From contig JAYWIR010000001.1 in NCBI GenBank assembly GCA_036172245.1, forward strand, positions 6,200,001-6,264,000: a DNA stretch of 64,000 nucleotides. The letters are read 5' to 3'. Both the position numbers and the translations under genes were made by a program. Origin of the DNA: Raillietiella orientalis (lineage: Eukaryota). Below are positions 15,220-28,519 of the stretch, piece after piece (positions within the stretch are counted from its first letter, which is position 1; each line of letters starts with the position of its first letter). Under the pieces are notes generated by a model. The model saw only the letters and a program-made list of their open reading frames with translations. It was not told the DNA's origin and did no database searches.

Positions 15220-17299
15220 CTGGAACAAAACAGGCTAGTTTTATCCCAAAGCAGCAATGTCTCTACTTTTAATCTTAATAAAAATGAATGAGCAAATAGA
15301 AATGAAAAAAAGCTGAAACTCAGCTTATACATCATAATGCATGTTAATATTTTAAAAAAAAAACCATCAATCTAAAAAACTCAATGATAATCTTGTCAAC
15401 CAATCCAATAATAAAGCAATTTATTACACCAAATAATTTTCAAATCTCAAGCTCATCGTTGCAACAAGACTGGAAACAATTTGCATCAACACTTCGAATA
15501 AGATTTGGGAATGGAAATAATTAGCATCAACACTTCATTTTTGATATGAATAATGCATATCATTATTCACATCAAAAATTCCAATGTCCATCAATAATAA
15601 AAAAGAGAAAAGAAAATCTTTGTTTGGTTTTCACCTCTTTGATCTAAAAGCTCAACAAATACCATTAAATGTTCCCAGTAATGAAAAACTCACTTTCACA
15701 CCAACTCTCAAATGAACCTTACTGCTGAAATCTCTGAATTTTACAAAAATAGATCATTAAAATGTAAAGCATCTTCTGGAATATTCCTTGAGATAAAAAT
15801 AGTTTTCCACACTAAACAACCCAAAACTCAGAAATGGAATTCTTTGAAACTTGTCCTCTCCATATTTCTGAGATATTGATCAATGATGTTCACATGCAAA
15901 CTTTTAGAGATCTAAAACACTGAATATGAACATCATTGCCTGCTAAACATTAACTTTGATCATTAATGAAAACTAAATCCTTTGACACACGATTTAATAA
16001 GAAACCTAAAATAAACATTGATACAATGTTTGGGGAAAAACATAAACATTTGCATTATTTGTGTGCTTCGGTACTGGATAACTGGATAAATCCTGATACA
16101 GTTTATCACCTTAAATTTCATTTCTGCACATTAAGTCTTCTGTAAACTAAGGATCCAAAAGGTTTGTTTTGGAGATGAGCACTTCCTAATTACGGCGGCA
16201 TTGTGTTGGGAAGCTGCTCAAAATTTGAAATATTGCTAAATAACACAGCGGAATTATTATTACTACTAAAACATGCATATGTCACAAACAGTTGCATGTT
16301 TTTTAAGTGATATAACAAAGCAAATAGGATTTTTTTATTTTATTTAGGATATGCCCCAAATTGCCTCAATTACTGCAATTAGTCAACTGAATAAAGTGAA
16401 CAAATTTGAAAGCTTTCACAAGAATTATCTTTATTGGGAAAGCAAATTCAAAACACTGCATCTATTACTGCTTGAGTAACTATCCCTGCCATTCATATAA
16501 TGAAATCAGGCACCCTTTTTTTTATTTTTTTTATTGTTTCTTTTATTTTTGGAAACTATGCAAAACAAAAAAATGTGGTAATACTTTCAGAACGTCTACT
16601 TCATTTTCCTGTCTTATACGGAAGTTTTGTGGGTAGTCCTCATCTTCCTGTTCTATTTCCACGGATGTTTGTAATTCGGCAATTTGCATTTCCACTCACT
16701 CATCATCAACTTTGCTATAGATTAACGGTTCTACCACCTACACATTAACCCAGCATGCTTTCGAACTCCTGAGGTGCACATGAGAAACAGTGCTCCACAT
16801 CGATCCATGATTAATTTCAGTTCCTGTGAATTCACATTGGTTTGAATGTCAGGTACGTTATCAACGTTCCGTATTCATTAAGGTTTCTTATTCAGGTGGT
16901 ACAGAAGTCATGGCAAGGAAACACATCTTCACCTAATTTTCATCTTACAGGGAAATTAGGCATAATGAATCCGAGTAAAGAATAAGATGTCTTATGCAAA
17001 AATAAGAAATGAAAGAAAATGCCAAATTTCAAAACGAATCGAATTCAAAAGCAATCGCAATTTACTAAGGGTAAGAAAAATTCACAAATAAAATAGCTCT
17101 GAATAAATACATTAGACATACATTCCATTTCGTCTGCATTAAGTTATTAATCGGGTCAATGTATAGTGTGACTATTTTATATATGAGCTATTTAAAGAAA
17201 AGAAGGAATCAATAAATGACAAAAAGTATATAAGTATCATCATGTTTATTATAAAAGTACTTTCTTGAATCTTATAATTTTTCTGAAATTTGCAGATAT

Positions 17300-17760
17300 A
17301 GTACTCAAGTTTCACATTACTAACAGCAAGATTCTTCATATTTATTATGTGCTCCCTCAAAAATATTTTTCCAGCATTTTGGAATGATATTAAGCAATAA
17401 TCAGAGTTCTAAGTGGGACAAGATGCCATTTTTACTCTGAACCAAAACATAATTATTATTTTCAAATTAATTAACTTCATTACATGCTCATGAAACTAGG
17501 AGGACAATCCTTCGGACTCTGTCATCTAGGCTTTAAATAAGATGAATTTGTCGAAGTTTTTGTAGATGAAATTTTACCAGTTATTTTTGATATCATTCAC
17601 CAAAATAATGCCGACTTCCGATGCTTGAGAAAAGTTCCCATTGCCCATACTGATTGAATTTTCTATTCTTCCTTTTAAAATCCGGCGGACAATTGCTTTC
17701 CCATTTCTGTCTGGAAATTTTTCATTTTCAATTTTATTTCAGCTAATCTTGAAAATATGT
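17300..17760 (-). mobile_element. Possible highly decayed Tc1/mariner-like transposase remnant
   Basis: Frameshifted minus-strand pieces 'IVRRILKG', 'QWELFSSIG' and 'MASCP' fall in the order of Tc1 motifs VRR.., VWG.FS..G, D.A.CH. No ORF or terminal inverted repeats seen. Confidence 0.25.
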
Positions 17761-20700
17761 GTTTAGTGCAGCTTATAAAGGTGAGATCTTTAAGTACATT
17801 ATAAAGGATATATGAACTGTAACTTTCAAAAGATTTCCACTCTTAGTTCAATACAAATTTGAATAAATTTTCATCAACTTTTTCATTCACTGAGTATTTA
17901 CTGAGTATGTCGCCAAACAAGCTATAAAGAATGGATAGCTTATGAACAAAGATTTTGACCATTTAATAAAATTTCATTATTTGCATTTTTGTTCATGAAC
18001 TACTCAGTGTTATTGTGTCATTAAATACTTAATGTCTGATTTAACTCAATTCAAATTGTGATAGAAGCTCAGCTGACTTTGTATTTTTGATCGTGTATTG
18101 GAAATAAATGAATGTCACCAGTTATAACTTAGTTTTCTAAAAATGATCATTATGGACTGTGTGTACCTTCACATTCTGATATATCATTGGTCTTTCTCAT
18201 TGAAAGAACAAAGAAGAAGAAAAAAACATGGAATACGTGCTTTGATTTGACCTTTTGCCTCATTTGTTCGATGAAATAGGACTCTAAAGTCATTACCAAA
18301 GATCGTTCGGCAAGACATGACACACCACGAGACACATCGCAGAAAGGATAAAATGAAAACATGAGTTCCAGACAGCTTCTACTAGTCATAATACTTAGAC
18401 ACTTTAGAGAAAAGAGGATAGATACCGATGTGCTCGAATCAAGATTGAATTGTGGTGTCTAAGGCAAAAAACCAACTGAGAACTATTTCAGTGAACGAAT
18501 TCCATAAGCACCAATTCTTGTCCTTAATATGACCTGTGGAACTCATTCTTTTACTTCTCACAGAGTATTGTATCTTTCTCCAAGAGAACTTTTCTCTCGC
18601 TAAGAACCGATGAGGAAAATGAGGAAGCAGTTGTGATCACTTGCCCTCTGAATTCATAAACCAGATAGATACTTGCATTCAGGATATTTATTTGCTGCAA
18701 AAAGGCAATGGTCCCTTAAACGATGCGAAGATTTCAAATGAATTCAAATGACTGTAATTACAGCTTCGATCTAGATTCTCAAAAGTAAAAAAACCATGTT
18801 GAAGGAATTTATGAGATCAAAGGTAGATGTACTTGTACTTATTGGTAGATTACTCACTTTGTAATCTATTCTTCTATTTATTATGTTTCTCTTAGCATGA
18901 GGATGCACAAAGAATTTTGTCTAAAATTGTCTTAATTCAAACGTTAACAAAAAGCAGTTTTGTCACTGGATGAACACACGTGTAAAGAACCCTTCCTATT
19001 CTTACACGTGAAATGTTTGTACACTTGGAAGCAAATGTGTGCATGCTGAATTACCAGCACGCATTTGTGATTCCTGAAGCTAAGCTGATAAATTTCTACT
19101 ATTGCCGATGTAATTGAAAACAAAACAGGAATCGAACTTCTCGAATAGAATTTTCGTTTCAGCGGAATTCGAACTGTGGTTATCACCTCCTGGTACCACA
19201 GTCGCGGATTCCTTTTTCAACGTATTTCCCACCAAATATGACTAAATCGAAATTCTGTAGAATCACAAAGCTGTTTTATAAATACATGAGTCTAATAGAA
19301 AGCTTCAATGAAAATCATGGACATGACAGCGTGGAGTTGATCTTTCGCGACAAGAAAACACCCCGTGTACCTGAAGAAATATGGATTTCCACTATGAACT
19401 GTACATCGCGATTAAGCCGAGAGTAAACACGGGAACTTCGAAAATGTGGCTTTTCATCGCAAGATTGTTCTGAATTAGGAAAGAATAAGGAATCTTTTGT
19501 GCCATAAAACGATTGTCCTTCGTGCTTAAGTCTGTGAAAATATTCATCGTACTTAATTCGCTACTAAGTCGGAAAAAATGAAAACAAAAGGATTCGAGAT
19601 TTGAAATGCCTTCTACGCAACATTTCGTAGAATTAAATGGCACTCGTTTTCGAACATGAATGCACGCAATTTCGATCTTCTCATGGGCCTTCTGTACTAC
19701 ATAACAATTCAAACGAACGGATGCTCCGTCTTCTGAATGCTTCTTGAGAACGGAAGACTTTCCATAGCAGCACAGCGGCTAGATTAACTTTGTAGCGAAG
19801 ACAGCAACGCAGTGCGATGAAATGGAACGTTGGACTGGTCAATGGTGAGGGCTGCTCATTCGGTCACGACTGGTTTTTTTCGCATCCTTTCTTTGCCTCC
19901 AGCTCTGGCTTTTGTTTGCTATGTGATTTCTTCGTTGCCTCAGATCTTGTTCTCTGTGTTATCAGCCTTTGGAAATGCTGTGGAAGAAGCAATGTCATCA
20001 AGCATTTTCAGATTTTTAAGGGGATGTAAGAAGTCGATACGAGAATGGCAAAATCCCGTTGCGCATTTGCAGAATTTTGGATCTTTAGCATTCGACTAAT
20101 GAAATAATTTCGAAAACAAAGAACCTGGGAGTATGCAAAAGTCTTTTACACCAGTGCTCTCAACAACATAATCACTGCAGAAGTCTTTACAAGAACCGAG
20201 AGGGGTTTTCGAAACGTGTCAACCACTGTGAGACTCACAAGATTGCAAAGAGCACAGAATTGACGGAATGTACGTTGATAATTATGCATTCATACATCGT
20301 ATTGTAGCCTGATCTTCTATAAGGGGGATAGAAAATGTTGATGTGTAAATATTCTTTTTAGGTACACGCACGAAATGACTCGGGAATCCCACTTACCAGA
20401 TATCAATAGAGGACCAATGTCGAGATTGATTCTGGAACAGATGTAGCATGCGCAAGTCAGAAAGATTGAAAATATTGTGCAACCGAGGGAGAGCCACAAC
20501 TACATATGGTTACATGCTTTAAAGTAATCTATGCACACACAACCCGACGAAGCATACAGGCTTGGCCAAACGATATGACTTCGGTGTATATGCAATAGTG
20601 TCATTATGTATGCAATAGTTTCAAGACGAAAAAGAAAACGCCCGAGGGAGATTGCAGAGTCTAGAACAAATCTCGGCTACGGACGTCCTCATAAAAGAAA

Positions 20701-21479
20701 TAGAGGCGATGCTCAATCCTATAGTTTGCAAGCTGATCTGCCCATCATCTCAACGAAAGCATCACAGTTTTATGAGTCTCCACGTTGGGCAAGGCAAAGA
20801 ATCAGAAAGAACACATAAGGAAAATTATACAATCATTTAGCCGCTCAGAGAATCTTGAAAATAATGTGCCTGCAGCTGATGACCTAGGTCACCATTCGAG
20901 TGCTCTTCACATGTAAAGTCAAACTGGACTCAAAAAGCTACAAACCACATTCCCAACCGGAGGATCATCACCGATAGATTGGAACTCGGACAGTGATGCT
21001 AAGCAATGTCTTGACATTGATATAATGGCAAAGTTGTTTTGTGGCGAGAGTGGAACTCAAAGTCACTCAAGACTTATTCAAAAGAAATCAGTGAACTGAT
21101 ATGTGTATTCTCAAAACAGCCGAATATGGAGATGATGCAAGGTCATTTTAAGCAGGCGGTAGAACAGAGAAAGTGTAGAGCTACTCTGCATGGTAGCAAG
21201 GTGCAAGATGAAGCGATTGGTGCCAATGTGAAAGAAGAGAAGCTGATTTGGTAACAGCATCCTCTAAAACTTTGGAGGGAGATCCATTCTTATCAGAGTT
21301 TAGGTATGCAAGAGACAGAACTAGTCTCACAAGTGGCAGACGAAACCACGTGTCCCAAAGGTTCAAAAGCGTGCAGGCTTTGCAGCTTGCATCTATTGGC
21401 TGTCTGACCCCTCGTACATAGTAGTAATGCAATAGGGAATTTCCAATCCCCTTCATAGCCTGTTTTGTTAAAAAACCCG

Positions 21480-22505
21480 CTGTTTAATCAAGATGATGAA
21501 TCATGTATTTTTGCCAGTGGTTCAGATAGCAAACAAGAAATCTTAAAGATGTTTCCCACGCTCCCCAAGATTTCTTGTTTGGACATATCATTAGACAAGC
21601 TGGGATCCCAGGCATCACAGAAACTTGTCTAATGCCTTCTTTTGAAACGGAGCATATAAGCTGGGCTTTCGGTCCAGATGCTCGCCTACGTTTCAAATCT
21701 GCACCAGCTGGCACTCCCCGACATGCTGTGGGATTGCAAGCATTCAAACGTATGGTCGACTCCTCATATGTTCGTCACTGTCCTCGGGTGACTGAAATGA
21801 CGGCTTTAAAACCTGCATACGTCACCATCATGGCAGATCCTGCTCGTTACCATATAGGATCACGTTATCCCACAGGTCAACCTAGAGCAGAATTTCTTGA
21901 TACGGATGCAGACCAGTATATGAGTCGTCTTGGATCTTATTTACGCCACTTATACCCAAAGTCGACTTCGAACAATTCGCCCCATTTTTCAACAACTGCC
22001 ATAGAATCCAAATAGGATTATGATCCCACTTGAGATACATTCTGCAAAAACATGACACGAGAGAAAATCAATCTTCCAGCCCCAGAAGAACTAGAGACTC
22101 TAACCGAAGCAGAATTAGCTCGCATGAGGGCAGACTTGGAAGACTCGAAGTTCCAGGTCCACAGCATGTTCCCCTTCCCCGAATTAGAGAGGCAAGAAAA
22201 CTAGTAGGCCTGGGGCAACCCATAGAAGTGCATCACGTTCTTCATGTGGAAGACAAGGCCCTAGTAGTTATACCAGAGCCAATGGAACTCATCACGAAGA
22301 AGTAGAAGATATTGGTGAAGAACAAATTGAAGCACAACTGGTTGAAGAGCCAGGGGTTAAGGAAGACCAACCAGGACAGGAAGAATCAGATGATCAACTA
22401 CCTACTCAACCTACACCAGGCCCGTCACATGAGGATACTGAAGGCACCAGTGGAGTTGTATTCAGGCGCAGTAAAAGACCAAGACAAAAGCGTCTTTCTT
22501 GATAA
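21480..22505 (+). pseudogene. Endogenous viral element: decayed nucleoprotein-like gene of a negative-sense RNA virus (Qinviridae/Muvirales-like)
   Basis: ORF 21575-22015 has RFKSAPAGTPR, IMADPARYHIGSRYPTG, YMSRLGSYLRHLYPKST..SPHF. The same frame continues through stops (ESK*DYDPT*DTFC), and an acidic tail in another frame ends TGA TAA at ~22500-22505. Intronless. Family assignment is from recalled motifs. Confidence 0.65.
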
Positions 22506-22618
22506 CTTGTTGCCTCATTCAGAGTGATAATGTTCAATATGTGATTTTTGTTGACGATCTATATATTTTAAATGTTGATCCCAAAATTTAAAAATGTACT
22601 GAATTTTGTATTCAATGA

Positions 22619-22656
22619 AATAAATACATACATTTTAAAGAAAAGAAAAAAAGAAA
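22619..22656 (+). other. AATAAA followed by A-rich tract: putative retroposed poly(A) remnant of the viral-like gene
   Basis: AATAAA at 22619-22624 and AAAGAAAAGAAAAAAAGAAA at 22637-22656, about 115-150 nt after the terminal stop codons, following an AT-rich 3'UTR-like stretch. Confidence 0.5.
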
Positions 22657-23637
22657 TCTTGGGAATCTCGAAAGGTTCCTGGAGAGTAGCTCTACAAGTA
22701 CTTTATTTCTGAGATGAGGCTATGCCAATCCAAGAAAACAAATTCCTTTTATAAATTCCATTTTCTTTACAATGTCACTGGACATCCACGCAAGTCAGAC
22801 GACTTTCATTCCAACGTATCTGAAAACACTACTGCTTCACCACACAGTAAGAACAGAGAATGCCATAAGCATTTCAAGTCTAAGTACGAGGAATGCCATG
22901 AGCCCTTGCAAAATCTCCTACATTCCTAGGATCTACTCTGAAGCACTGAAAACAGCAGGAAAAAAAATGTTTCACCCTTCATCAATCCTGGGAGGAGGTT
23001 TGGCCAGAACAAAAAACGATCTTCACACGCTTGTTTCATGCCTCGCTTCACAAGTCAGAGATCACTCATGCCTTCCAACTCATGCTACTCAAGTTCCAGT
23101 TGCCACAGATGAGCCTCACGAACAACATAATCATTCTCTGTGAATAGACAGAGCTTCTCTTTCCTCTCTCCTCATGAAGACATCCACATTACACCAAACC
23201 AAGGTTGAAGAAGCACCAACAACAAAGCAAATCAATGACATTACTCCCCATTCATACTGATCTATTCGATTCCTTTTACTTTTCTCACAATACTGTGTAA
23301 TCGGCAACTCATCATCATATGGAACGCTACACACAGGGCTACAGATTAGTGCGCAGCCTCAGGACCACTTTCGGAAACAAAGAGAGAGAGAGAAAAATTA
23401 GTGATGAGAGATACTAGGAATACAGAAAACTGCTTTCTTTTCGGATGGCACTACACACCAACCCAAGATTACAGAGCGACTCCTTCGTAAATACAAAATT
23501 TCCTTTTACTCCACCCAGAAATCAGACCTATAGGCTAAATTTGTCAACAGATTTCCATTCGAAAATCCGCTTCGGCCCATAATGAGACGGAAGCAGCGCC
23601 CAAGCGTCGTTTCCTTAGTTTCGTTTTCTGTCTTTAG

Positions 23638-26013
23638 CGCCCAAGCAGCGTACCCGCAAGAGTCGGAACGCATCTGCATGCAGAAGAAGCGGCTGGAGGA
23701 ACTCTGGGAGAACCTGAAGGTAAAGAGCGACGCGCGGCAGAGAGGCTCAATTTGCATATGCTTTCCCTTTTCCGCAGAACCAGGCTCTGGAAAGAAAGCA
23801 CAGACTGGAAGAAGCCGTAGGCCAGCAAATCTTCCTGAACAGCTACGACATGTTGGTAAGCGTCCGCCGCGTACGGGAGGAGGAGGGAGGCCGTTTGTTT
23901 GTTTGACTTCGCCAGCTGTCCTGGGTCGCATCCAAGAAGGAAAGGATGAGGGGCGACCGGAACGGCAGAGACATCGAAGCGGTCGAGGATTCGCTCAAGC
24001 AACACGCCGACCTGGGAGAGGAGATCCAGGCGCGCCAGGACGAGTACTATGGCGTGTTGCGCTGGGAGCGAGCGCCGCTAACGGGGGAACCAGCTTCTCC
24101 GATCTGATCGCGCTAGGCAACAAGCTGCTGCGACAGGCGCCGCCCGACGCGCAAGAGATCAGCAGCCGCGTGTCGACTCTCGAAGACGAACGGCTCATCG
24201 TGTGGCAAACGTGGAGGGACAAGAAGGTGTGGCTGCAGCATTGGAAGCAGCTGCAGCTGTTCACCAAGGAGGCCGACAAGCTGGACGCCGCCTTGGCGGC
24301 CCACGAAACGTTTCTGGACGCGCAGGAGCTGGGCGTACGTAGCGGTGGCGCTTCCGGGGGCTGTGAGCGCTCGAGGGGACGGGATGGAAGCGGGGAAGAG
24401 GAGGAGCGGGCCTCACGCTCACTGGCCGCCGCCTTCGCTCAGGAGACGTACGACGACACGGAAAGTTTGTCGAAACGACAGGAAGACTTCGAAAACAGGA
24501 TGTACATCCTGGAGGACAAGACGAGGCTGTACAACGATCTGGCGGACAGACTGCTAGCGGATAGGCACTACGCCAGCCAGCAGTGGGTATCGCCGCGTGC
24601 GGACGCCTCACGTCCGCTGTCTTTCCCTGCGTGCGTTGCAGCATCGACTGCAGGAGGAACGCCACTCTGTCGCGACTGCAGACGATCAAAGAGAAGAACG
24701 CTTTCAGGAAGTCGCAGCTTCTCCTCATGAAAGAATTTCACGAGTTCGTGACCAACATCGACGAGCTGCAGGAATGGATCTCCATCAAGAGGAAGCTCAT
24801 CGCGGACCGGTCGCACAAAGGCGTGAACAACGTGAAGAGGGAACTGCAGAAGCACCAAGCGTGCGAAAGCGAACTGCGCGCCAACGAGAACCGGATCCGC
24901 GACGTGAACAAGGTCGGTAGTGGTCGGCCGGGCGCCGGAAGCACCCCGGTCCGATGCAGGCCAGCCAAAGCTTGAAGAAGAGGTGCTCTTCCAAGGAGGA
25001 AACGATCGCTTCGCTCGCTTCCAGTCTTCAGCAGCAGTGGGACGAGCTGTGCGAGTTGGCCAGGAGTCGGAGTAAAAAACTGAGGCAGGCTGCGTCGCAA
25101 AGCGAATACAACAAGTAACGTTCTGTCGGCCGTGTTTACGCGCCACGAAAGTGTTCGCGCGCCGCTTTCAGATTAGCCGACGAAATCGCACTCAAGCTGA
25201 AGAGTATCGAGGGGTCGCTGTCATCGAGCGACTTGGGTGAAGATTCGAGGCACTGCAGGCGGTTGATCAACGACCTGCAGGTTTTTGGCTTTCTTTTTTT
25301 TGTGTGCGTGTGTGTGTTTTCTTCTTCTTGTTGTTTTTTTCGCTTTTCGCTTTTGCTTTCGTATCGGGCAAGCATTGTCCTTCCACGCAATCAGAAACTG
25401 AAGAAGGAAGCAGATCTGTGCGAACTGCACATCCTCAACTTGGTGAACATCGGAGAAGCCATGATACACGACGACCACTTCGATTCGGCCAACATCGCCT
25501 CCGCGAACAAGGAACTGCTAAGGAGGTGCTGTTTTTTCTTGTGCCCCCGCGAAAGCAAAAGCGCGACTTGCCGAGCAGATACCATGCGCTGAAAGGCCCT
25601 TTCAACGAGCGCCTCCGATGCCTGGAGGAATCGCTAAAGTTCCACGAGTTCCTTCGCGAGATCGACGCGACGAAGCAGTGGATCAAAGAGCACGAGATGG
25701 CCATATCGAACACGGTGCTGGGCCACACGTTGCACGAGGCGGAATCGATTACCAAAAAGCACGGGAAGATGAGGTCGGAGGTGCAGTGTCACCGCTCCAC
25801 CATCGGCAAGCTGACGAACAAAGGAGACGACCTGGTGCAGCGTGGGCATCCCGAATCGAGCAAAGTAGGCGTAGGTGGATTCTGGCAGTCCGCCCACGCG
25901 CAGGTTTCCTTCCGTTGCAGATAAACGCCGCTTGCCATCAGCTACGAGCCAACTGGGAAGAGCTGTTGGCGAAGTTGAACAATCTCGGCAAGCAGTTGGA
26001 AAGACCACAGTAG
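23638..26013 (+). pseudogene. sma-1: Internal fragment of beta-heavy spectrin (sma-1/karst/SPTBN5-like), about 11 exons, truncated at both ends
   Basis: Short GT-AG introns join spectrin repeats in frame: AAYPQESERI...LEEAVGQQIFLNS..LLSWV...LKQHADLGEEIQAR..F..LI.LG.KL...KKVWLQ...LQLFTKEADKLDA..AAHETFL; exons start 23638, 23778, 23916, 24094, 24443 ... 25921. The last exon runs into a stop at 26011-26013 mid-repeat; no upstream exon seen. Confidence 0.85.
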
Positions 26014-28519
26014 AGGAGAAGTTATCGAAAGTGCAAGTTTAGACTTGCATTCCTAGAAGGAACCCTTTGACACTCGAAACTGATATGGATCCCTAGAATT
26101 TGCACGTTATCACTATTCGAAAGAATATTTTTTGTATTCATTGCAGATAGCGTCAGAACTGAAGTATTTTATGCTTCAAATGCTCGACTGATTGCTTGTT
26201 CAGCTGATCCTCATTTTACGCACTGGACATTTCGGAAAAAGTGGGGATTTAGCGAGTTTTAAACTAGCAATAATTTCATTTCGTTTTCTACCCTCGATTA
26301 GGATACTTCCCATGCACAAAATGAAAAAAAAGTTATATTTATTCAGGGAAATTACATTCCTTTTTTTTTTTTTTAGATCTGACTAAAGGGATTAGAAAGA
26401 CAGTTGTAGTGCCTATCCACTATTTACCTGAGTAAATTTTTCAAACTATCTGTGTTTTACGATATTCTGAGGATGGTTTGCTACGGATTCGAAGACTGAG
26501 CTATGGAAGAAAAAAAGAAGTGTGACTGAGGAAAAGGTTTTGCAATAAATCAAGAAATATGAATAGCTCTGCAGAACTCCCCATCAAGGTCCTCAGTATG
26601 AAAAACATTGAAGGAATGAAGTTGAGGTTTCAGGGACTCCCGTGTGAGCCAACATTCCTCAGAACAGTATGCTAATGCGATGTGGTTACTTTGGTGAATT
26701 CCGTTTGGCTCGGGGAATTCTGACTTGAAGATGACAATAGTGTTTTGTTCTGGCTTTAAGTGACATAGGACACTACGATGAGTGAAGACCGTGCAATAAA
26801 ATTATAAGCATGAAGTGCCATACAATTCGTCTATCCTTGGGATACTTCGGTATCATTGCATCATTCTACTAAACATGAGGACCATGACGGATATCTGTGT
26901 TGTGACATACCATGAAGACAATGATTTAGCTTCCTTTCCTTCTCTGTTGCCTTGATGTCATATCATATGAATTTTTTACTCCCTAGTCTAAACAAGGTAA
27001 CCATGGCGAGCGGTTTTTTCTCTTCTTATGTATAGAGAACGAAGTCCCAGCTGCCGCACAGATTCGAACAAATCATGTGAAACATAAAAGTGACATCTTA
27101 GATTTGAATGGAAGGATACTTTGAAGGAAAACACCATCGGAGAGCAGTAACATGGATTAGAACTCGTCAGGAAGTGCTGCTGTGTAATCGGAGCACGAAT
27201 ACTCTAGTTAATCTCTGTGCCTAAGCCATAAATAATGGGATTCAAGTGTACAATATTTAACAAGGATCGGCAGGCCATATTCAATCAATTTCAGTGCTTA
27301 AACAATCTGTGATGAGAAACTTCTAATTTATATCAACCAATAAGACATTTTGATTATAGATACAATGACCAGGACACACCGTCTAGATATTGGTATGTAC
27401 TCATACGAGAGATAGTAAATATCGAATAAATTATGTATCTGTTATCTGGACTCCAGAAACGAATACACAGGTTAGCTTGAAAAACTAGATTTGCAAAATG
27501 ACTCGTGTATCCGTAAAAGTCACTGATTTCTCTTAATAGCATACAGTTTTTTGATCCGGTGGAAAGTTGACGATCAATCAACTATGCCTAAAAAATTTTG
27601 TTCCTCTTTGCCACGGCATGCAGTGTCAGCTCGAAATGGCAATCTTCGCCATTACTTGTTCCCAGGTGGGATGCGTATTGGGATTTGATTTTGAAAAGGT
27701 TTGCCGAAATGCAGCACCGTGTGTTCGAACTTTTGAAAGAATGTTTACAGATGAAACGGTGTCCTTCGAAGCCGTGTGGAAAGCTTCAGTAAAGAAAAGA
27801 GAGAACCAATAAGAGAACTGATCAAAGACCAAAACACCTTACAATTTATTCGGCAAACATCAAAAGACCTTCTCTGCATCCTATAGCATTTGGATCATAA
27901 CTATTAGCCAATAAGGGTTAAAGTAAGTCGTTTCATATTCAGTTGGTACAAAAAAAAAAAAATCACAGATACCAACAAATGGCACTCAACATTTTCTCAT
28001 AATGTGTTGTAATAAAAAAACATGTGCTACACAACATTCTCAATAATTGCAGAAAATAAACCAACTTCAAGTGTTACACATTGGCGCCCGAAAGTTTCTG
28101 TCTAAGCATTTTGCATTTCGAAAATAATGGACACTTTGGAAAGCAAAAAACTTGAGGTTTAGCAACACTTCCACAAAGTAAACATTCTCTCAGAAACATC
28201 GAGTTTACTGCCTTGTTGTTAAATAAAAAAGGATTCTTTCCGATTTGAGACAGAAATTAGAAACATTCCTTGGAAACAACAAATTCGGGCACAACTAAGA
28301 ATTGCAGGTTTTGGGTTTCAATCTTGTAATTTGCTCTCTCATACACAATTTATAGAGCAGTACAACAAACGGATCGCTTTTTACAAGCTTTTGAGTCAAA
28401 AAAGCAGATTCTTTATGGACGCATTTCTAAACCTCTGCTCAAAATAATTGATTGGTAGGCTTACAGATTCTCTCGTTACTGTATTAATGAATTCATGAGG
28501 AGTCATCAGCCTTCGTGTT

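Noticed and set aside
23131-23200. REEREALSI on - as the missing GCN2 first exon
   Set aside because: No phase-0 donor to join the 15219 acceptor; match too short.
23582-24730. 382-aa ORF as a single-exon gene
   Set aside because: It reads through GC-rich introns; only parts are spectrin, and the spliced model explains it.
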